Shown one piece after another: positions 48,573-59,344 of a stretch of DNA of 64,000 bases. Location: the NCBI RefSeq assembly GCF_030028105.1, contig NC_092382.1, positions 100,146,699-100,210,698 of the forward strand. Reading direction: 5' to 3'. This stretch comes from Mobula birostris (taxonomy: Eukaryota). Position numbers and translations under genes: made by a program. Under the pieces are notes generated by a model. That model searched no databases and had not been told where the DNA came from. It was given only the letters and a program-made list of their open reading frames with translations. Each line of letters begins with the position of its first letter. Position 1 is the stretch's first letter.

Positions 48573-50691
48573 ATCTGAATTGTCTCTCTATCAATCAGTT
48601 CAGTCCATCTGACATTATACCTATCTGCCTGTGTGCCCCACTGTATCAGCTAGCTATTTTCAGACAACGCACAGATCATCCTGGAAGGACGCTGTAGCTT
48701 AGACAGCTTCTACGCAATTGAGTGAGCAGCCGATATTTCGGGCCGGAGGAAAACTTTGGGCAGAGGGGCAGGAGGTTTTCCGGAAGATGATGGGTTAAGC
48801 CAGGTGTGCAGGAAAGAGGAATGGCTGGCGTGGTTGCATCTGACAGGAGAGGAGAGTGAACCATAGAGGACAGGGTAGGAGGAGGTCATTCAGAGGGTAG
48901 TGAACGGCAGGTTGAGGGGGTGAAAGGTCAGACTGGAGAAGAGAGCTGGTGGGGTGGAAATCTGTTTAACGGAAGGAGTAATCGATATTCATGCCTTCAG
49001 GCTGGAGGCTACACAGCCGAAATACAAGTTAGTGCGCCTCCAACCTGAGGCTGCCTGGCACGGGAGGAGACCATGGGGCCGAGAAACCGTCGACCATTCG
49101 GGCCGAACCCTTCTTCAGGTCTAGAGGGGAAGGGGGAAGATGCTAGAATTAAAAAAAAGGGGGAAGGCGGGAAGTAGAAGGAGGATAGCAAGAGGTTGAT
49201 AAGTGAAGCCGGGTGGACAAGAAGGATGAAGGATGAAGGGCTGGAGAGGAAGCTAGGAGGGGAGAGCGGACCATAGGAGAAAGGGGAAGAGAGGGGAACC
49301 ATGGGAGAGGTGATCAGTAGAATACAGTAGACTAGTAGAATAGAGGATACAGGAGGAGCCTAATGGAAAGAAAATGGTGGGATTGACCTCAAGAAAAGCC
49401 GAATGATTAATTATATTAAACAATAACGTTGTACTGTTGCATATCATTATGACGTCAGAAATATTGATAAATAGATACTCTAGAGAATTAAAAAGATTCA
49501 ATTACTTGCTGTCAGACAGACCATCACTGCCTTTGCCAAGCAGAAACCTGATTCTATCGTAGATGAGTCTTGGAGGATGGAATGGAAAGGGCAATTGACT
49601 TTGCTGAATCAGATCAAGTGGGTCAGGTAATCCTTGGCAGAGCTGTCCTGTGTAACAAATGCTTTGACTGCAACAGTCTAGGTCCATGCAGTCTGTTAAA
49701 CCATCAAGAAGGAAGCAGAAGTGAAATATGAGGGACTGGTCAGTAACAGTCAGAACAATGTGTTCATTTGTACAATTCACAGAACTGTATATCTGGATGC
49801 AAGACAGCTCTGCTCAGATGATAATACTGAGCTATTTACTATCTGCAGGTCCTTTCCACCACTGACCCGCTGATGATCTCTAGCTCATGGAACTCCACTT
49901 TCCTCAGCCCTGTAGTCAATAATCACCTCTCTGATTTTGATGGCATTCAGTGAGATGTTGTTGTGGTGGGACCATTCAGATGGATTTCCAATCGCCGCCC
50001 TAGATGCTGATTCGGTCCACTCTGCGATACGGCCAACGTCAGTGGTGTCATCAGCCGATTTAAATACGGCGTTCGAATTGCCCTGCAGTCTCACTGTCAT
50101 TAGTACAAAAAGCAAAGAGAGAGGGCAGGCTTCCAGACACACTGCCTTTTACTGCGGCTCTGCTGATGGTGATTATGGGGTAAATGTTGCGAATCCGAAC
50201 TGACTGGGGTCTATAATTGAGTAATTCAATCTTTCAATTTCCCAAGCAGCTCTTGAGACCAAGAGCATGAGGCTTGTTGCTTAATTTGAGGTGATGATGT
50301 TATTGAAAGGAGAGCTGTAGCGAGAGAAGCGCATCCTGACGTATGACTCTGCCCTGTCCAGAGGTTCCAGAGTTGAAGGAGGAGCCAATAAAATGACATC
50401 AGCTGTAGACCTGGTGCAAGGGTAGACAAGTTGGAGTTCAGCCGAATCGTTCATGTCTTTTATCACCAACCTCTCAAAGCGTTTTATCCCGATGGACGTG
50501 TGGGCAACTGGACGACAGTCATCGAGGCAGGTTATCACGTTCTTCTCGGTCGCCGGTGGAGTTAAACCCAGCTCGAAGCAAATGGGTTCCTCAGACTGCC
50601 GACTCGAGAGCTAAAGATATCGGTGAACGCTCCAGTCAAAAGTCTCGTGTACAAATTCTCCTCTCTGTCCGCACGTCGGACTGGGCAATGT

Positions 50692-51364
50692 TCCAGGCGC
50701 AGAAATACACGGCCGACGAATTCGCCTGGAGGCCGGAGGACTTCAGAAAGAACTCGTTGCTACTCGGTCTCTCTGCCATGAAGCCGTCCACTCCGTCCGG
50801 CGGTTGCACGTATTTGGCTATGCTGGAGGTGAAAAGGGCCTGGGGTCCGTTCCCCCGGATTGTCTGTACCAGAGGAAAGTATCATCACCACCACTGCTGC
50901 CAGCATCTACCGTGCATTCCAGCACCACGCCTTCGCCGGGACGGGCAGTAAATGCGGGGGTCTGGTGGATCGTCACCGGGTTGGCATCTGGAAAAGAGAC
51001 GGGAAGGGGAATAGTGTGAATAATCGCGGTTCATGGAGTAATTGCGACGCTGGAGTGGGGACGAAGCTCAATGGAAGGATAAGAAGAGATAGATGGAAGG
51101 ACGTCACCGAGACGTCATCTGATAAAAGAGCGGAACGGGGTGAATAAACATGGATACCGGGCGCAATTGTGAACGAAGCAATAAGGTAGATTCAAGTCTG
51201 TGGGACATTGAATTGTGGACAAAGTTGGAATGGGACGGAGAACAATCCATTTCGATGGGTTAGATCGTGAAGCAAATGAGAAAAGAAAGCGAGAATAATA
51301 GATAAATATTTGGCACATTTCACTCACAGTGGAAGGAGAGGATCAGTTGCAGCAACAGAAACAT
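50692..51364 (-). pseudogene. TRBV: Inverted V pseudogene, copy of V46 with frameshift and deleted RSS (V51)
   Basis: Leader 51364-51328; exon from 50987; 1-nt deletion near 50858; stops after CAW and abuts Rex1-like sequence. Confidence 0.9.
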
Positions 51365-53298
51365 GTTTTTTGGGCGGTTCTTCTCTCAGTGATGGAAGAG
51401 ATGCGTACAGCAGCAATGACGCTACTGCCTTCAATTTCACTCTGCATTTACGTGTCTCTCTGAAATAATGTTTCATGCGCATTGGGGATTTGTCGCGCCT
51501 TCTTCCTCTCTGATACAATCGGAGTCGTTTTGTGTGTTAATTCCACGGCCCAATCCCCGCCTCCAATCTCGCTGCTGTTACTTATCTCTCCTGACATCCT
51601 TCCAAACTCCTCCCTCTGTCTCTTAGAGTCGGATTTGTCCTCACTTCCTTGTACGCGAGCCCTCCGTCCTCTCACTCTCTTGCTCCCGTAATGTTTAATT
51701 CCATTCTTGCTGACCCGCTCCCTGCTCGACCTCATATATATATGTATGTATGTAAATCTGTCCTCCCACTCGTTGATTGCCTTTTTACCCTTGTAAATTG
51801 ATCTACTACCTCTCCTACTGTATATCCCTGTCAACATATGTGACCTACACCTTTTGTCTGTTTGTCTGTCTCTATGTTGGCCTGTGCGCCTGTTCGTCCA
51901 ACCGGTAATCGATCTACCTATCTGTCTGTCAGAATGTATCTGTCCAATTTCGTGTGAGATGTCCCTAATTACCCGTCTCAAATCAGACTGAATGACCACC
52001 GACGAAAACTCTCTTTCTCCCTTGTTTCTTCTTGCTGTTCCTCGTCCCCGCCGCTTCCTTGACATACACACACTACCCGACTCTTCTCTGTTTCTCTCTG
52101 CATCCGTCCATCTGTTTGTCTCTGAGACTCTGATCTCGGTAACTGACTGACATTCAGGAGTAGCGGTGGTGAGACTCAATACTGGGGCCAACCACAGCGC
52201 CCTGATCTCCGCGGATACCCCTGAGATCCGTCATTCATCAATTGACCTGCAGATGGCGCAGCGAAACCAGCTGTCGACTGGCGGGTCACAGCATCTTCGT
52301 TATAATTTGTTGCTGGGTGAAGAATGATGTGCTGGTGAAAAGGAACGGTGTGAGGAACAGGGACAAAAATGAAGGAGGAGTGGAGTAAGATGAGAGCGTA
52401 TTGCGAGAACTACTGTTCCTCTGTTCCAGTGTACTCCCTGCCATAGAGTTGTAAATCGACATCCCTCCGAGCGATAATATTCCCCAGCATTCATATAATT
52501 TCTCCTACCATTATAAACTGGCGTGGATCTGCACCTCGATATACCCCCTCTCTCTAATTCTAACCTGTGTGCTTTTCTTGTTCACTGAGTCCACCCTGTC
52601 CCTGGACACTTTCCAACCTTCATAGTGCGCGTCCTAACTTTACAACCCGAGGACCCTCTGTCACTTGATTCTCCCCGCCATTCATGGTCTGTCCGTGGTC
52701 CTTCTACACCGTGGGCCCGACACTCCGCACCGTTCACGGTGTGTGTCTTACGCTTGGACCCCGAGGTCCCTCTGCTCCCTCAGCACGTCCCGTCATAATA
52801 TGTGTCCTTTTCTCGTACCCCCTCCCCCAGTCCCACTGTCCATCGATGCACCCAACATTCCAGGCGCGCGCTCCACATTTGCACACAGCGAGGTCTCTGT
52901 TCTTCAACCCTCCCCGCCATTTTCCTTGTGTCTCTACCCTCATACACAGTGGGCTCGGGTACTCAGCGAGGAAATTTGCGTGTTTATCATTCTGCTCGGC
53001 CGCCTGTCCGTCTGCTCATCTCTGAAAGTGACCCAGACTCAGCGACACAGCCGTAGCTACAAACAAATACAAACAGCTATATAGAGATAAAGATAGAGGG
53101 CCAAGGGGCGGGGTGGGAGGGGATAGAGAGTGCAAATATCAGCCGTTAAAGAAGCAGCAGGAAGGCGTGCCAGAGATAGACATGGGGAACACAAGAGAGC
53201 AGCGTACAACCACCTTATTGCTCGGGGAAGGACAGTTGGTACGTATCAGAAGGAACCGAAATGAACCAGAAATAGTCGAACATAATTGGTCGAAGGAT

Positions 53299-53854
53299 GA
53301 AGGGGCGTTATTATTCCTTCGTTATTATTTTCTTCTCTTCGTCCTCACTACTGCACACGTGGCCCGGCTCGCTTCTGACCCCTTCCGTCGGTCCGTCCTC
53401 AACCCTACACGCTCACACACAGCCAGAATTCTCTCTCTCTCTCTTCTCTGTCATGTTAACTCGTCTCGCGCTTCTTTTTGGCATCTTCCTATTCTACCTT
53501 TCTCCTCTTTCTCCTCTTTCTCTACGTCTCCCTCTCCCCTCCGTTCTCTCTGTTTGTCGCCCTCTTCTTTCCCCTTCACCGGTGCACATCTGCTCTCCAA
53601 GTTACATTTCTCCATTACTCTCCCTGTTTGCTGCCTTTACCGACTCTCTTCACAGTCTGTTGCACTGTCTCTCACGCTGACGCTCTCTCTGCCCCTCTAA
53701 CCACTTCCTCGCCCTCTCTTCATTTCCCGTTCATGCGTACCCCTCTGCTTCTCTCGGCATATCTGCATTCTACCTTCCGCCGTTTTCAAGACTCCCCCTC
53801 CTTGCTGACCATCTGCATCTGTCCGTTTCCTTTCCAGATGTCGGCTCGGTGACT
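53299..53854 (+). pseudogene. V stub: promoter, leader-like and intron sequence plus first ~5 codons, paralog of V56
   Basis: gaaggggcgt promoter motif at 53299; intron paralogous to 55475-55989; ttccag|ATGTCGGCTCGGTGAC at 53838 then homology ends. Confidence 0.7.
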
Positions 53855-55989
53855 CGAGAGTCTCTCCATTTTTCTTTACATCCAACTCTCCCGCCGCTCC
53901 CCGCGCTCCGTCTGTCCCCGAGCCTCTGATCCCCCAAATTCCAGATGTGGGGCGAGTTAAGCGAATGGTTTACCAGACGATGAACGTCGCAACGTTCAGT
54001 ATCCTGACCTCGGCCTCCAGCATGATCAAAGAGACAGATGTAGAACACTGCATTGTGTCGGAAATCTTCACCGGCAAGTCTGCGTTTCTGTCTGACATAC
54101 TGTGCAAATTTATATAACTCTGAACCGTTATAGTTGGAGAGCCTCTGTCTTCACTCGCAATTCATACCTACCCTCCGCAAATTAGATTATCCGCTGAGGG
54201 CCACCTGACGTCTCGCACCATCGCCGACTGTGGGGTATAAAACATTAGAAGGCCGGATATGAGTCACCGGCGGCAAGTGGAACGGCAGAGATCGGGACGC
54301 GGGACTGTGACGCAATCGGTAGCGCCACGGCCCTGCGCCTGATCTTTCCGTTTCTCTCGCCGAACCGCTCGGTTTCACTGTGACCGTAACAGATCAGACA
54401 GATTGTGGCCTCCGATGCACGGAGAGAAGTGAAGAGCAGGTGAGGGAGGAAAGTGAGGACGGAGTTCAAGAGAGGAAGATAGAAAGCAGAGAGAGGGTGA
54501 GAGAGAAAGGATGAGATAAAGATGGAAGTCGGAAAGACGGAAAGCGGGTGTGCAGAGGAAAGAGATGGAGAGGAGATGCGTGTGGGTGCTCGAGGGTCGG
54601 CAGATAAAATGACAGAGGATGAGTGGATCAGTGAGAGGGAGAGTCCGAGAGAGACAGCGAGAAAGGGAGAGAGAATTTTGCAGTGCAGAAAGCCACAAAT
54701 TATATTTTTTTCCGAATCGGATCTTGACTCCCAAACTCGGTTCGTCGTATATTGTTCAGGAAGAATGGAAGAAGTTGGGAAGGTGAAAGGAACTGTGGTT
54801 TTCGGTCTCCGTAAAATCTCAAAAAGCCGAGAGATTTTTCAAATAGATAGGTAGACAGGCAGACAGACAGATAGACAGATAAGGAGATAGATTGGGAAAA
54901 AGGGAAACGAAAATCTGTGTATGGGGAGTTGGGGGGGGTGGGAGAGAGAGGGAGGGAAGGGAGAGAATGGGAAAAGGGAAAACGAGAGACGAAAATGAGT
55001 GTGTCGTGGGCTAGGGGAGAGAGTGAGAGTGAGAGAGGGAGAGAGAGGGTGAGAGTGAGAGAGAGAGAGAGAGAAGGGGGGGGGGAGAGAGAGATGGCGC
55101 TTTGCATAACCAAAGTTATTCTCCACAAATAATATCTGATAGGGTGAGGACTTGGGCAGGGATGACGAAAGTTCTCCAGGATTTGCATATCGCTTCTGAT
55201 TGGTTGATTGTGGTCACGTGCGCGTCCAGCCAGCTGCATCCGCAAGCGCACATGTAAAACGGACCGCTCAGTCAGTCCTCCTCTGGTCCCGCTTCTGACC
55301 CCAAAAAGCGATGTTACTGTTACTGTCAGTCGTGCTCGGGTTTGAATGTAAATTAATATTTACAACCGCGTTTCTCTTCTTCCTCTTTTTCGCTTTTGCG
55401 GGGTTTTCTTGATCGCTATTATTTTCAGATCACGAATTCGATTCATGGCTTCTCTCCGTCCTCATTACGGCTAGCGTGGTCTCGATTGCTTCGTTACTCG
55501 CTCCGTCCATCCGTCCTCTCTCCTACACTCTCTATCTAACTCTCTCTATTCTCTCCATCAAACACTCTTTTGTCTACCCTCCGGTCTCTTCCTCTCTTTT
55601 CTCTCTTGTTAACTCGTCCAGCCCTATTTTTTGACATCTTGTTATTCTACCTTTCTCTGCTTTCTCAATATCTCCTTCGATTCTCTCTGTCTGTCCCCCT
55701 CTCTTTTAATCTTCACCCGTGCACATCTGCTCTCTCCTGTATCTCTCCATATTGCAATTTTCCATTCCTCTCCCTGTTTGCAGTCTTTAGAGACTCACTA
55801 CCCGCTCTGCTGCTCTCTCTCTCTCACACTGACGCTCTCTCTGCCCCTCTAACTCTCTCCTCCCCCTCTCTTCCCTTCCCGTTCACTCGCACCCCTCAGC
55901 TTCTCTCGGCAGATCTGCATTCTACCTTTCGCCGTTTTCCAGACTCTCCTTCCTTGCTGACAATCTGCATCTGCCCCTTTCCTTCCCAG

Positions 55990-56282
55990 GTGTCGGCTCG
56001 GTGACCGTTGACCAGAGCCCGGCGGCCGTGTCGGGACGGCCCGGGGAAGAGATCGAGCTGAGATGCACCCTGGACAGCAGTGACGACAGGATGTACCGGT
56101 ACAGACAGCAGCCCGGCAGGGAGATCCATATCCTGTTTTACTCCCTGAACAGCGCTCACGTCGACCCGAAGGTCCCGGTGGACGGGTTCACCGCGCAGAA
56201 AGTGAGCGGCAATCAGTTCCATCTGAAATCTATCCTCCAGCGGGCGAACCAGTCGGCCGTCTGCTACTGCGCCTGGAGTCTT
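55990..56282 (+). CDS. TRBV: Divergent V exon, open, Trp41->Arg, perfect RSS heptamer; leader not recovered (V56)
   Basis: SVTVDQSPAAVSGRPGEEIELRCTLDSSDDRMYRYRQQPG..SAVCYCAWSL; RSS 56283-56321; leader-like codons near 55446-55475 lack in-frame ATG and a phase-1 donor. Confidence 0.8.
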
Positions 56283-56321
56283 CACAGTGACGCAAAGACC
56301 GGGCGTCGCTCGACAAAAACA
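56283..56321 (+). other. 23-RSS of V56
   Basis: CACAGTG / 23 / ACAAAAACA. Confidence 0.95.
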
Positions 56322-57780
56322 CTCGGCGTTCAAGCCAGTCAATTCTCCCAGCTGGGCTGCAGGTGCCTCGGCTGTCAATCGGGGGCGGTATTTCTGAGCG
56401 TTTTGCCGAGAGCAGTTAAATTAGTTTATGTTTTCACATCTGCCAACACAAATAAAAGAAACTATCTTTCATATGTTTCATAGAGATTAAACCGTATTCT
56501 ACCTAAAACAAGGTAGAATAAGTTGAAAAAATAACGGAATGCAGAACAAAGTGTTATAGTTACGGAAGGAGTGCAGTGCAGGCAGGCCAGGGTCACTCTG
56601 TAGCCAAGCGTCCATCTGATGGATCAATAGTTTTATAACAGCGGGGTAGAGGCTGTCCTGCGCCTGCTAGGAGCTGCTTTCAGTTTTCTCTGTCTTCAGA
56701 CCGACAGGAAAGGGAGAATGTGTGAGCGTGTGGTGTGGGCGGGGTCTTACATCTCCTAGTTCCGTCACCCCGCCGCCCCCACCCTCCAAGCTCGTTAAAT
56801 TTACTTCCCTGCCCTGGTAGCTTTCTGAAAGTAGCTTTCCATCTTCCAGCAATAGATTTGCCCTGACTTCTCTGAACGAATATCCTCCATTCTCTACGAT
56901 CCCTCGTCACTTACTCCCAGGTGTTTTAACCCATTTCTCGCTGACTTACTCTCTGTTCCTTCTGGTTGTCGCACTCAGCAATCGGTCGCTCGGTCAGTCA
57001 GTCTGGTCCATCTGACCAGCTAACTATCCGCCTGTGAGCCCTGATATTTCCTTTTCAGCAGCACACACAACATACTGGGGGAACTGATCAGGTTAGGCAG
57101 CATCTATGGGAATGGGTACACCGTCGACTTCTCAGTCCGACATCTTTCTTCAGTGAAAGGGGAAAGACGCCAAAATTCAAAAGGTGTCTGGAGGGCTCGG
57201 AGGATAGCTATAGGTGATAGGTGAAGCCAGGTGGGACGAATGATAAAGGGATACAGGGGAATACATCTGATAGGAGAGGAGAGTGGACCATATCGGAAAG
57301 GAGAGGAGGGCAGGCCCAGGATGCGGTGATGGCAGCTGAGAAGCGGTAAGATGCGAGACAGGGTCTTCAATATAAAGGCACTCAGGTGTTGGAGGCAGGA
57401 CAGATCCACTGAAATTACAATATGGAGGAATTTCCTGTTGCAGACTCTCTCCACGTCTGATCTCCTGATATGCTGTGGCTCACAGAACTCCAGTTTCCTC
57501 CTCCTGTGGTCAATCATCTCCTCATTGGCTTTGATGACATTGAGTGAGGTGTTTGTGTTGGGGCACCATTCAGACGGATTTCCAATGGCCATCAAAATGC
57601 TGATTCATTACCACCTCTGATTGGGCCAACATCACTGGTGTTGTCAGCAAATTATAATATGTCTTTAGTACACAAAGCAAGTAGAACAAGCAGCCAAGCG
57701 CGAAGACGTCAGTTGCCAGGTGTCAACAGGCGACGCATACCCTCCGCTGCTGACGACAGCCAACCCCACAAACGCTGTAA

Positions 57781-57819
57781 GGTTTTTGTTCGACTTCTCC
57801 GTCTCTCTGAGTCGCCGTG
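57781..57819 (-). other. 23-RSS of V58
   Basis: CACGGCG / 23 / ACAAAAACC. Confidence 0.95.
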
Positions 57820-58567
57820 ATATCTCCAGGCGCAGAAATACACGGCCGACGAATTTGCCTGGAGGCCGGAGGACTTCAGATAGAACTTGCTGCTACTCGG
57901 TCTCTCCGCCGTGAAGCCGACCACTGGGGCCACGGACTGCACGGAGTCGGCTATGCTGGAGGAGAAAATGGCCTGGGGTCCGTTTCCCCGGTATTGTCTG
58001 TACCAGAAGAGATAATTAGTACTGCCGCTGCTCATCCCCTCGACTGTGCATTCCAGCACCACCTTCTCGCCGGGAGGAGCGGAGAATGCCGGAGTCTGGT
58101 GGATCGTCACTGAATTGGCATCTGGAAAAGAGACAGAAATCGGATGAGCATGAATAAAGCAACACACATAAAAGTTGCTGGTGAACGCAGCAGGCGTTGT
58201 TGTTTGCGAGGATGAATAAACGCATTTTGCGGTGAATTTTGTTAAGTGGGGCGGGGGAAGGAAGGTGAACAGAAGGCATCGGGGAAGAGCGGTAGGGTCA
58301 ATCAACTTGGAGACCCGGGGCAGTAGAGGAGAACGAGTCAATGAGGTCGATTGAAGACCGGAGACTTGGAACGGTGGAAGATAAAGAGAGAAGGTGAATA
58401 GATTTCAATAAGAATTGCGGACAACGTTCGAGTAAGAATGACTCTAGTCAGTATACACGGGTTAGATCACGTAGGGAAATGGACGACGAAAGAGAAAAAA
58501 ATAAATAACTATTTGCAAAATTTCACTCACGCTGGATGGAGAGGATCAATTGCAGCAACAGCAACAT
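57820..58567 (-). CDS. TRBV: Inverted TRBV30-like V segment, apparently intact (V58)
   Basis: Leader 58567-58531 MLLLLQLILSIQ; exon 58121-57820 to YFCAWRY; RSS 57819-57781. Confidence 0.95.
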
Positions 58568-59293
58568 GTTCCTGGGCGCTTCTTCTCTCAGTAATGGCAG
58601 AGGCTAGAATTGCAGCGATGAATTTTTTGCCTTTCATTTCGCTCCTGACGTATCTCTGTAAGATAGGCAGTTAGGATAGGCCACGCCCACATCCATTCTG
58701 GCCAATCGGAAAGCAGACCTGTATCAAGTGCACCGCCGAATCCCCGCACCTCCCCCACCGCCCCCCTCCCCCAAGCTCGGTGCAGTCTCTTATCTTTCCT
58801 GTTAGTTTTCGGTGATGGATTCTCATGCCTGTAATAAGACCCGTTATCGGAGCCCATCCGTAACATCGTCATAAATTGCTGTGCCTTCGAACCCCCGTTC
58901 TACCTCTCACGCTCTCCATCTGCCTCTCCGTCTCTCTCGCTCTCTCTCTTCCCCCGCCCCACAGGATTTCCTCGCCTTCCTAATCCATAGGCGCACTCCC
59001 ACTTTCCTTCCTTCTAACAGAGCATTTTCTCTCTCCCTCTCTCTCTGTCTCACTCTCTTTCTCCCCACCCTCTCCTTCTCACCCCTCTCTCTCTCTCTCC
59101 CTCTCTCTCGACCCACTCTCTTTCTCCCCTTTCTCTCCCGCGCCGACTCTCCCTCCCCTCTCTCTCTCCCCTCCTTACTCCCTTTTTCTCTCTCTCGCTC
59201 TCTGCCCCACTGACTCTCTCTCTCTGCTCTCTCTCTGTCTCTCTCTCCACCCTTCTCTCTTCCCCCTCCCCTCTCTGTCTTCCACCCTCCCCC

Positions 59294-59344
<51 letters not shown>

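Noticed and set aside
54376-54382. Perfect CACAGTG on the minus strand in a CpG-rich patch
   Set aside because: No nonamer at 12 or 23 nt (AACGGAAAG at 23) and no convincing V, D or J next to it.
1175-58567. Alternative identity as NAR-TCR V, IgH V or TCR delta V
   Set aside because: No IgNAR-type shortened CDR2 region or WVRQ/CAR Ig hallmarks; CAWS and CACSS ends and overall pattern fit TRBV best, though not confirmed by search.
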